From: a virus
Lineage: Duplodnaviria > Caudoviricetes
Direction: 5' to 3' (one strand)
Virus record (IMG/VR): IMGVR_UViG_3300033067_001199
Span: 8,394 to 72,393 of that record
DNA length: 64,000 bases
A program made the position numbers and the translations under genes. The notes under the pieces were generated by a model. The model was given only the letters and a program-made list of their open reading frames with translations, made no database searches and had not been told where the DNA came from. Shown piece by piece: positions 47,661-57,800 of this stretch; position 1 is the first letter of the stretch; each line of letters begins with the position of its first letter.

Positions 47661-47761
47661 ACCATAACGGCTCTGGGTAAACCGTATAATGTCATGGGAA
47701 ATAGAATTGCATTGTTAATCGCTATCGTTTGCCACCAAGCAGTAGTCAACCTTTGGCAAAC

Positions 47762-47794
47762 AAAAAGCCCTCTCGATTTCGGGAGGGCTTTTTT
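47762..47794. terminator. Bidirectional intrinsic terminator
   Basis: aaaaagccctc-tcgatttcg-ggagggctttttt between convergent operons. Confidence 0.85.
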
Positions 47795-47812
47795 ATTTAA
47801 AAACCGGACAGT

Positions 47813-48454
47813 TTACACGTTAGGAGGATAGCCACCGTAGTATCCATCCAGATATTCTTGACCTGCAGGATTAGTCTGGTCACCCATCACCGTAAAGATT
47901 TTAAGGTCAGATTCATTACCCATGTGAACATAAATGTTCGTTACAGGGAACGTGCTGTCCTTGCTGCGGAACGTGGCATCCTTGCTGCCGTCAACCGGTG
48001 TATATGCAGGAAGATACTCTCTGTTTACAACCTTACGGTCGTTGATCAGAATAGACTTCAATGTAGCCTCTCCTGCATCATCAACATCAGGGCGAACAAC
48101 TCTGAAATCAATAGCTACTAATTCGGTGTATTTGCGCAGCCAATGAGTAGTACCGTAATCGCCCAGAGTATTGAAGTATGCTAACACTTCATCAATAGTA
48201 GTTGGCGTTCCTCCGAAATCATTTGCGCTTGCCAAAAATACAACCGGCACATTTTTGAGCTTCTTGATTCCTTCGTAGTTAAACTCTATGGTGTCAACCT
48301 TAGTAGAAGAACCATCCGGATAAATTGCTTTGCTTGGAACTACACAGTTAATGTAGTTAGTATTAAGGTCCTGGATAAACAGAACCGAATTAGATGAGTA
48401 GCGGCCATCAACAAGAATTGCCTTGAGTATGGACCAAAAGGGAAAGTTAGGCAT
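47813..48454 (-). CDS. Hypothetical protein (213 aa)
   Basis: ORF track. Confidence 0.6.
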   Translation of the reverse strand: MPNFPFWSILKAILVDGRYSSNSVLFIQDLNTNYINCVVPSKAIYPDGSSTKVDTIEFNYEGIKKLKNVPVVFLASANDFGGTPTTIDEVLAYFNTLGDYGTTHWLRKYTELVAIDFRVVRPDVDDAGEATLKSILINDRKVVNREYLPAYTPVDGSKDATFRSKDSTFPVTNIYVHMGNESDLKIFTVMGDQTNPAGQEYLDGYYGGYPPNV

Positions 48455-48551
48455 GATGTTTATTTTTATTTGGTGAAGGTCGGATTAGCCTTTCTTCGGT
48501 TGTAAATCGGCATACTCTGTATTGCTGATTTTGTCTTGACAGAACGAAAAT

Positions 48552-48583
48552 AAAAAAGGATTCCCACTTTCGCAAGAATCCTT
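48552..48583 (-). terminator. Intrinsic terminator
   Basis: aaggattc/gaatcctt stem plus T-run on the minus strand. Confidence 0.65.
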
Positions 48584-48629
48584 CGGAAAAATAATGGTTG
48601 GTCCCGCTTATTCTGCTCCTTCTGACTTT

Positions 48630-48992
48630 TCAGTTGGCAACCGGCAAGTTCAACTTCTTAAACAGCGCATTCAAAACGGCTGCAACTAACTTCTCTCCGT
48701 TCTCCTCGTATTGGTCAAGGAATTGGTCAACCTTCCCAAACAGAGCATCATCCTTTTCGGTAGGAGTCAGAGTAGAAATAATCTGGCCGAGGTTTACCGC
48801 GCCATGCAGAATTTTAACCGGTGACGCATCGCCTGTCAAATCCGCCTCTGCAACAGCAGCTAATTTCGCTTTAACCTTTTCCAGAACAGCATCCGATTCC
48901 GAAGGTGCTAACTTTAAAGATTCGATTACAATTCCAACAACAATGTCAACAACTTGGTCAACTTGTTCCGGTGTCAATTTTTTCTTTTCCAT
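48630..48992 (-). CDS. Hypothetical protein in the lysis region (120 aa)
   Basis: ORF track; TAccTTTG box at 49028-49035. Confidence 0.6.
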   Translation of the reverse strand: MEKKKLTPEQVDQVVDIVVGIVIESLKLAPSESDAVLEKVKAKLAAVAEADLTGDASPVKILHGAVNLGQIISTLTPTEKDDALFGKVDQFLDQYEENGEKLVAAVLNALFKKLNLPVAN

Positions 48993-49046
48993 AAAACTGA
49001 ATTTTTTTTTGGTGAATAATTAGACACCAAAGGTAGGAAACTTTAT

Positions 49047-49355
49047 TTACTGAACAATATGCTTCCTCTTTGGAAACATTTCGTAGAGAGCAATTCTGAA
49101 GTCTTGAATATCGTCTGCGTCATAGATGTCGCACTTTAGGTTTACCAGGGCATCAACAGACTGTTTAGGGTGCCAAATCATCCACCTCCTAAGGGCCTTT
49201 AACTGTTTACCATACTCATCGGCCGTAAGACGCTTCTTCTGCCTTTCCGCCTTGTCCTCTTTCATCTTCTCGGTAGGCGCTAGTTTAGTCCCCAGGTTAA
49301 ACCCAGATGTAACCATAGCGAAGAAGTCACTTATTACCGTCCACCAAGAACCCAT
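49047..49355 (-). CDS. Hypothetical protein in the lysis region (102 aa)
   Basis: Coupled to the endolysin stop; amphipathic N-terminus. Confidence 0.55.
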   Translation of the reverse strand: MGSWWTVISDFFAMVTSGFNLGTKLAPTEKMKEDKAERQKKRLTADEYGKQLKALRRWMIWHPKQSVDALVNLKCDIYDADDIQDFRIALYEMFPKRKHIVQ

Positions 49356-49903
49356 CAGTTAAAGAATTTTACTTTACCATTTAGAATTAACTCCCTCTCG
49401 CTCTGCCTGCGGTAAGTTAAACCCGGCAACACTTCAAGAACTCCATCGCCATTTGTATCCCCTTTATTCCAACGGAGCATAGCGTCAGCCCCAGCCTGCC
49501 AATTACCCTGATTGATTAGCTTCAGAGCGCTGCTTGTCTGGAACTTTGACAGGCCTATGTTGTAGGCGAAAGAAACTAATCCGCTTCTCTGGTAGTCATT
49601 GTATGGAACTTTAACCAAAGCCTTAACACCAGAATTGTAAAGAATCAGATCGCGGTTCAATACTTCAATAGCCTGAGCTTCATCCTTTATTTTAGCGCAC
49701 TCATAAGCCCTTGCTTTCATAGCCTTACCCTTTAACGGACGTAAGTTTACAGGGTCAATGATTACATGGCCATATCCCTCTGTCCAATAACCGGTAGGAC
49801 ATTGTTTCGGCTGAAGACCAACAGCACTCAAATCGCCATCATGCAGCGACTCATAGTGTTTCAATATTTCCTCCGCCTCTATACAAATAGTTCTAGTGTC
49901 CAT
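49355..49903 (-). CDS. Endolysin, GH24 lysozyme
   Basis: ILKHYES, CPTGYWTEGYGH, LVSFAYNIG, GLTYRRQSERE. Confidence 0.9.
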   Translation of the reverse strand: MDTRTICIEAEEILKHYESLHDGDLSAVGLQPKQCPTGYWTEGYGHVIIDPVNLRPLKGKAMKARAYECAKIKDEAQAIEVLNRDLILYNSGVKALVKVPYNDYQRSGLVSFAYNIGLSKFQTSSALKLINQGNWQAGADAMLRWNKGDTNGDGVLEVLPGLTYRRQSERELILNGKVKFFN

Positions 49904-50492
49904 TCGCTCCCTCCTTTTTATCTTCCTCAACTATCTCATCCAATATCTTCTCCTCCTCTACCTCAAGAATACCTTCCCCCTGCATATCCTTATTCTTATC
50001 AACATACTTTGCCAAAAACTCTGCGGCCTGTGGTGGTAACATTCCTAATAGCGCAAGGTTCTTCGCAAATGATATCAGATTTATACCCATGACGTAGAAG
50101 TAGAAAGCCCTGGCACCAAACGTAAACACCCCCTCCCCTATCTGCTGTATTCCTAAGTCAGAATTTATCCGACCAGCATTAAAAAGCACACCCAATATGA
50201 TTAAGTGTGCTGGAAAGATGATGAATATTCGTTGACCTTTGGCGGTTAGGAAGCCCTCTTTCTTTACCTTCATCCCAACGGCAACACCGGTTAAAAAGTC
50301 TGCCCCCAGAAGAACGAAGTAAACTATAAGGGAGTAAGGCGGTGACCAGACCCATGTATCTACAAAGTGAATCATTGAAACTAACGCCAGCTGTAACGCT
50401 ACTGCGACATCGAGTATGGCAAGGTTTCTGTACTGAATACCGGTAGCAATTTTAAAAAACTGCTTCCATGAGGTGAATCCGAAGATGTGCAT
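49893..50492 (-). CDS. Holin-like multi-pass membrane protein (199 aa)
   Basis: Several hydrophobic helices, DFLTGV motif, charged C-terminal tail; immediately upstream of the endolysin. Confidence 0.7.
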   Translation of the reverse strand: MHIFGFTSWKQFFKIATGIQYRNLAILDVAVALQLALVSMIHFVDTWVWSPPYSLIVYFVLLGADFLTGVAVGMKVKKEGFLTAKGQRIFIIFPAHLIILGVLFNAGRINSDLGIQQIGEGVFTFGARAFYFYVMGINLISFAKNLALLGMLPPQAAEFLAKYVDKNKDMQGEGILEVEEEKILDEIVEEDKKEGANGH

Positions 50493-50501
50493 TGTATTAG
50501 T

Positions 50502-51314
50502 TTATTTGTAAACAATAATCTCTACCGATGTATTACCGGCACCCGTACCAAGGCAATCGCAAGAACCCCCTGCTGCATCTACCATATCAAACAAAATCTG
50601 GTTTGCCGTTAAATTGAATACTCTAATCTGGTCAGCCTCATCACTTACTACATTCACCCTGATAACTGTTCTACCAACAACGAATCCATTTGTTAGTTCT
50701 GCCTTAAATCCGCCTGGGAACAATCTAGTCCAAGTAATTGCACCAATGTTGTTTTCTAGGACATTGGCAACAGGGTCGTCAGTACCCGTCTGGTTCAATG
50801 TTGCTACATACTTATAGTATGGAAGGGCATCTGTTAGCGTTATATTCCCCTTCGAATCTGCCATCACACCATTTATAGAAGCTACTAATGTAGCTGATGT
50901 GTCGGGAAGTTTAATTTCGTTTTGCTGGGTAGCGTTTACCCCATTAACGAACGACAGTCCCGAATCATTTCTAAAAATAAAGTAGCCTGGGGCGTAGCCA
51001 GAAGCCGAATTTGTCAACCTATCAAACACTTGAAGTTGCCCCATTGAATCGGATAAGTCGAAATTGATGAGCGTAAAGGTATCTTGTAGAAACGCAATAC
51101 CTTTGTCGCTTGTGGTTCCATTGTCGGTTACGTTTTGAAAAGTGCAAATACAAGAGTCTGCAACAACTGGCGCCCAAATTGCCTTATGTCCGTTTGTTTG
51201 CAGAAACTTTCCAGCCTGCCCCGCTTGAGCAGGAAAACAGGCCTTACATGGATTAGATGGCTGGGAATAAGTATCGAGGCAGATGGATACGAGTAGGATG
51301 AATAAGTATTTCAT
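50502..51314 (-). CDS. Signal-peptide-bearing fibre-like protein (270 aa)
   Basis: MKYLFILLVSICLDTYS-Q; PAQAGQAGKFLQTNG; C-terminal YKYVATLNQTGTDDP...VEIIVY. Confidence 0.6.
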   Translation of the reverse strand: MKYLFILLVSICLDTYSQPSNPCKACFPAQAGQAGKFLQTNGHKAIWAPVVADSCICTFQNVTDNGTTSDKGIAFLQDTFTLINFDLSDSMGQLQVFDRLTNSASGYAPGYFIFRNDSGLSFVNGVNATQQNEIKLPDTSATLVASINGVMADSKGNITLTDALPYYKYVATLNQTGTDDPVANVLENNIGAITWTRLFPGGFKAELTNGFVVGRTVIRVNVVSDEADQIRVFNLTANQILFDMVDAAGGSCDCLGTGAGNTSVEIIVYK

Positions 51315-51321
51315 TGTTGTT

Positions 51322-51852
51322 TTATGGTTGTTCGTAAATTTCTACAAGAGTTCCGGTGGCATCTACCCAATGCGCGTCCTTTGTGTCGTTAGGGCTGCTT
51401 TGTGTTTGAGAGGTAATTCTAAACTGCTCAACCTGTCCGACAGGAAGAGTAGTTCCGGTAGAACCTCCTATTGCTCCGTCAAATTGCGCATCAGCATCAC
51501 CCTTATTCAATACACCTAGTTCCCTTAGTGTAGCTGAAACTATTTGAAACGATTCGCCAGAGATAGTTCCTAGCGCTGGTGGATTGTGCACGAAAACAAC
51601 ATCTTGGCCAACAACTGTGTCCCCAGATTTATCCGCAGGCCTAAAGTCCCTTACCTTCAACAATAGAGGTGGAGTAAGGTCAGGGAAGAATAGCCACAAC
51701 TTAGGCTTTGCAAATTCTGTTCTAAAGTCTGTACCGTTCCCGACAAACACCCCTGCTACTTCGGCATCTTGGGTTAATGTTCCGGTTGCGGCTACTCCTG
51801 CTGGGATTGCGCTTATTCCGTTGTCTAGGTCGCGTGTGATTTCTCCGGGCAT
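51322..51852 (-). CDS. Hypothetical structural protein (176 aa)
   Basis: ORF track; TAttTTTG box at 51875-51882. Confidence 0.55.
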   Translation of the reverse strand: MPGEITRDLDNGISAIPAGVAATGTLTQDAEVAGVFVGNGTDFRTEFAKPKLWLFFPDLTPPLLLKVRDFRPADKSGDTVVGQDVVFVHNPPALGTISGESFQIVSATLRELGVLNKGDADAQFDGAIGGSTGTTLPVGQVEQFRITSQTQSSPNDTKDAHWVDATGTLVEIYEQP

Positions 51853-51885
51853 GATTTCTATGTTTTAGGTGTTACAAAAATAAAT

Positions 51886-54800
51886 TTATTTATAATAGTC
51901 AAGTAGCTGTTTTTTAACCTGCTCACTTATATGATTAGGGTCACCAGACGGAGCCTCTGCCATTGCGTTTATCTGTGCTCTTGCAGAAGAAGCGTCCATT
52001 CCAGACAGCTTGTTATCAAAAATCCACTTAGCCTTTTCGCCTGGTAACTTTTTGGCTTTGGATATCTCCTTGTCAAGATGAGCCATGTCAATAGAAAGTT
52101 GGGTAACATCGCCTCCGTAGGCCGCTGTTTGCTCTATCTCCTTTTTCTTCTGGTTTCTGAGCTTTGTGTATTCGTAAACAGACTTGTCAGCTACCGGTAG
52201 GTTATCAATACCTGCGCCTTGTCCTATCTTGAATCTCTCTCTCTGAACTTTCTCATCAAACTTCCTTGAATGCTGCTCGTTCATCAAATCAAGGAACACT
52301 TTCTGAACGTCCGGCATAGGTTCGCCCTTTCTAAACGCATCGTCCATCTGCTTAGAAACTATGGCAACAGAATTATCTACCTCTGCCATTTTCATCTTTG
52401 CGGTATCTGGGTTATCCTTTAGCCATTCGCCCTTTATATCCCTGTAAGCCATCAGCACACCTTTGAACGCGGTTATCTCTTTTTTGTTCTCGAGGTAGTA
52501 TTGGTATAGGTATCTTCTGTATTCATCTTTACCCAGCCACTCTTCTACATCTTGACCTGCAACAACCTTATCATTTACGGTCTTGTTTATCTCCTCCATG
52601 TCGGATAGCTGCTGGTAGAACTTAGAAACATACCCACTCCTAGCGCCTGTTGCTGTTTCATTCGTGAACACTTTGGTAATAGGTAGCCTTGACAGGGTAG
52701 TGAATGTATCTTCGTTTTTCTCATCAACTACGCCAGCCTTTTGCATAGCATAATCAGCGGTAACGAATGCACCATAACCTATTCCACCGGTGTAACCCTT
52801 TAGAACGTGGTCCATCTTCAAAGGCGACATACCAAGGTTTCTTCCGATAGCCTTTATTATTTCGGGAGTCCTGTCATTATACTGCTCTTCTGGGGAAAGC
52901 CCTTTCATTCTATCCGGAACAATCTTCTGGCCGGTGAAGGAGTTCTTGTTCGCCCACAACTCAACCGCTGGTTTGATTATTTGCGGAGTAAGGTCAACCA
53001 GATTCTGAACCGGTGAGTATGCCTGCAGGAATGCGCTGGCAACACCTTTAAGAGCCTCTGTGTCTTCATGTTTAGATACAGACTTAATCAACGCATCGTT
53101 ATTGAAGTGGTTATCGAGCATGGTTTCTACCGAACTTCCGAACAATATACCTGCTGCGCCCTTTGGAATTGACAACGGAGGTCTATCGGGGCCAAGGATG
53201 AACAGATTCCAGAAACACTCTTTCCTCCATGAAGGTAATGCTTGATATGCTTTTCTGGTCTTCTCGTCATTATTGTTGATAGCCCATAAAGCTAGAGTAG
53301 GCAGAGTCAATCCGACAGCACCGGCATACATGAACTTACCTGGCTGATCGATAGCAGACTTGGCCAATAGTTTAGCGTGTTGCAGTCCCGGATTCAAGAA
53401 AGGAATAAGCGGAGTATATTTTCTCATAAACAGAGAAGCGCCATGTCTAGCATAGTCAGCCGTTGACTCTCTGGCCTCCTGCGCAGCCAATTCAGCCGAA
53501 CCGGTTTTCTTGTATGCGTTCTCGAATACCGATACCCTGGTTCCGATTTCGGAGTAGTTGTTTATCAGTTTCATCCAATACTTAGCATTATCCCATCCAT
53601 CCTTTACTTTCTGGAAGCCGTCAGCACCGTAAAAGTCCCTGTATATCTTTTCAGAATGATTTACATTAACTAAAAACGCTTGGTCGGCACCAGATTCCAA
53701 AAACTTCTTGTAAATGCCGGCATCTCCAAACAGGTTCAACAGTTTGTTATCTGGGTTCTCGTACGCCAGAGCATTGAAGATTCCTTTCGGGAACGTGTAA
53801 AGCATTTTGATATACGGAGCAGGTATTCCGCCTATTTGACCAAATCCATATTTACTGTTCATGGTAGCGGTCACCGTATCTCTGAATATGTTTCTTGGCG
53901 CATACTCTGGGTTATAATAAACCGCGGTTGCCTTTAAAACTCTTGCAGGGAAAGAAAGCGCCCTATGTAATGGGTCATTTGGCATTGAAAGCTCATAGTT
54001 GAATACCGTTTCGAAGATATCCTTTGGAACTCGGTAATACTTTAACTTGCCATTCTCCCTAACTTGAACAATCTGGAACATACTAGGGTCGCCCTTAACT
54101 TCCTCAAAGCTTTTCCAAGTCAAATTACCCTCTTTGTCATATACCAACTTCGAAACAGGTATTTCCTGCACCGATGAAGGGTCAACCATCTTCAATCCGT
54201 CAACGTGCGCCCTTAATGCCGCGTTCTTATTTGCCATTGTCACAACGTCAGAAGCATTCCTCAAGAAGCCCTCCATAGGCCTCTGTATCGGTCTGGCTGC
54301 ATCAATACTCGGATTAAGTGAACGAACTACTTTCCTTGTTGAAGAACCTAGTGAATTACTTGACCCACCGGAACCAACAAAACTCTTTTCGAAGTCCTCA
54401 AACACTCTCTTGAAAGAAACGTAGTGCTCCCTCATCTTTATAATCGTATCGAAGTCCTCTTGAGAAATTAATCCGTTCTCTCTTGCGTAATCAAGAACCT
54501 GGGTGCTCACTTCTCTCACATCATCGCTGAGCTTATCCAACTTAGCCTTTCCTCCAAGTGTAGGGTCTGCCTCATTCAATGCAACAACCGCCTCAAGTGT
54601 TTTTCTAGGCATACTCACAACGCCCCTGTGCTCATCCACAAGTTCAATATGCTTTTTCAGCCTCTCCATTTCCTGCTTGTATTCCTTAACGGCCTGCTTT
54701 TGCTCTTTAGCACCAACTACAACCGGTGTTCCATTTACAGTAAACATATCCGGACCCGATTTGCTAGGGTCATATACCAGATTATGTCCTGTCTGCCATG

Positions 54801-57800
54801 GAATAGATGTTTCAAATCCGTTTGCCTCGATATCGGAAATAGCATCCCTCGCCTCGTCTGCTCTGTCATACAACTCCAATGCGCTCTTTGCAAACAAATG
54901 TCCTTCCGCCAGCAACTTGTTTCCGCCATCAAAAGCATCAAAGGCTTTTTGGTATCCATGGCCGAACACATCTATCTGACCGGCTGAACCCAATAGCTTA
55001 ACCACTCTTGCCATAGGGTTATCGCCTGCAGGAAGACTAGGATTAACCTCTTTCATCGCCTTTTCAAGAACCTGCGAATAAACTGTGCTATCCAATAACT
55101 CGAATGTAAGTTTGTCGCTTAGTCCAGATAGGCCGTCCTTTACAATCTTACCCTCATTATTCGGGCTGACCATAGCCTTTATACCAGACATCAAATCGCT
55201 TTTCTCTTTCTTGTTCTCCATGGCCACCTGCACCAACAATCTCGGATCCTGCGCTGCGTATCCATGAACGTATCCTTGTCGGGCAGTTTCAATCGCTTTC
55301 TTCAACTTTGGTTCAGTAGCAATCAAGTTCTCGAAGAAATACAGGAAGTTCGGCATCTCTTTAGCCGCGGTTGCTGGGTCAGTTATGTAAACCCTCAAAA
55401 ATTCAGCAACACCCTCAACAGTAGAAACCTTGTAGTGTCCCTCTTTCTTTAGGAACGCTTTCAGTTCGGTTGTCAAAGCCCTTTGGCCTGCAATCTTACC
55501 TGTCTTTCCAGATATCTGAAACACCTCCTTATCCATCCAATGCCCTAACTCATGCGCCAGGGTATTAACGTCATGTAGGTTGTTTACATTTACAATACCG
55601 GTTTTGCTGAAGAAGACCCCCATGGTACTTCCTTTCCTCATCCATTGAACTAAACCGGTTCTGACATTCTTACCCTCTCTGTAATCAACTCCCTTTTCCC
55701 CAATGCCAGAATTTTCCTCGCTCCAATCAGCGATATCCTTTATCAGCTGTGTGCTGATATCTTTCAAGTGCACCGCGTTCTTTAGGTCGGCTACTGTAAA
55801 ATCAGATTTAACAGTTGGGTTTACTACTGCGTTCTGGTAACCTCCCAGCAAATCATCTACCTTCTCATCAATGTTGTCGGCTGACTCCTTTAGTGAAGCA
55901 TCTGTTTTCGATACGGCCGAATCAAAAGTATCGAAAACTGAATCCTTTTTTTTGGGCTTACTGCCCAATCTACTGTCTGATGCTCCATCTCCGCCCAAGT
56001 CGAATGATTTTTGCCTTTCTAAAAATTGGTCTGCCTTTGCCTTATCCTTGAAGATAAAGCCGGGTATAGCACCACCTCCCTTGTATGAACTGTAATATCC
56101 ACCTAACCTCTTAGCCTCTGCCGCCAAGTGCTGATAGTCTTCTGGACTTAGCCTGGTGTTCATCTTAACCGTAAACAACGGCTCACCTGTTTTGGTATGT
56201 TTCGTTTCTACCAATTCTAATCCTGCAACCCCTTTCCCCTTTTGCTCTCCTTCCGGAACTTCTTTCTTTTCAACTACCGGACGCTCTGGCAAACTCATAT
56301 CCTCGATAGAGTCGAACATATCGTTTATATCCTCGTGACGAGTAAGGTCAATATTTGAATAAGGTCCCAACTCCTGCCTTATCTCTGGATTGTCAACTCT
56401 GTCAATTACTAATATCTGCGTAGCAACCTTTGTTCCTGCGCGTTCAAATGTTGATGTAGGCAGTTTAATAATTGCCCTCAATGCCAGGTTATCGGTTTCC
56501 TTATTGTTATAGAACCACTTCGCAAACTTATCATTGAACGCACCCTCCGGAACCAATGCGGTTATTCTTCCGCCATCTTTCAAATGCTTCGCTGCTTTAG
56601 CCAAGTGAGAGATAGCCGTTGTTCCAGCATGGCCATAAGGAGGATTCATGGCGATACCATCGTATTTGTTGGTGATGTGGAAGTCCTCGAAGTTCATCAT
56701 CTCCTTTCTTGAACCCTCTGGCAAGAATAGAGAAAGCTCAGAACTCAAATGATATTCCGGCTCAACCGCGGTAACATTTACATTGTCTGGGGCAAATCTC
56801 GCAATCGCTCCATGACCTGCTGATGGCTCTAGGAAGTGCTCATTCGATTTAAGCCCCAACCAATCAACCATTTTATAACCTAGCGGCTCTGGCGTAGGGA
56901 AGTAATCTGTTCCCTTATCCGTTTGCCGACCTTTCCTCCTTTGCCAATAGTATGTTTTGGCTTTCTCGAATGGAGTAAGGACGTTAAATGTTGTATCGGT
57001 TCTCTTACCGCCAACACCCTGCTCTACATTCGGGTCAAACATACTTGCACCTAAATACCCAGATAAGAAAGACTCTTTCAGATTTCTGGCTTTGCTTCCA
57101 GATGAAAGATTTTCGGCAGTTCCTACCCTCTTGGATATTTTCTGGCCGAAGATGTTCTTCTCAAAGTTCGTATGAAGCCCCAAGTATTCAAACGGAGCGT
57201 CAGACTTCTGACCTATTCTGTAAATCCTACCCTCGCCCTGAATCGCATTAACCGGCTCGATAGGCAAGTCAAGTCTGATTTGCGCCCTTTGGTGAACGCC
57301 TGTCTGGTCATGTAGTGAGATACCTTCCTTACCTGCCTGTATCTGAACCAACAGTATGTTTGGACCAGCAAAATCATCGTTGAAGCGCTTAACATTGGCC
57401 TCTCTTAAAGGTTTAGCAACCTCTCCATTAAACGTCATAAATTGGTCGCTATCCTGTCTGGTCTGGTCAATGTCTACAACCGCAGTCCTAGTTTCGGTCT
57501 TCATCCTAGACTTAGTTTCACCGTTCTCTGTGTATTCCTCCTCATACCTTACAGGATATTCAACCGTAACAGAGTTTTTTGGTGCCGGCTGAATAGTTTT
57601 GCTTTCAATAACTTCTGCATTTTTGGAGGCAGATTTCATAAGCTCTTCCTTAACGGCATCAACATCTTCAAACCGTATCTTCCATGCGGTAGATGTCTGC
57701 TTAGTTCCCCTAGCCCCAACCATAACCTTTTTAGCCAACCCAACCATCTCTAACTGCGCACCAACAGAATCGGGTATAGAGTCATATATCTTCTTGAGGT

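Noticed and set aside
47661-47690. Possible further attC-like arm ACCATAACGGCTCTGGG after the methyltransferase
   Set aside because: I found no complementary partner arm or matching GTT start.
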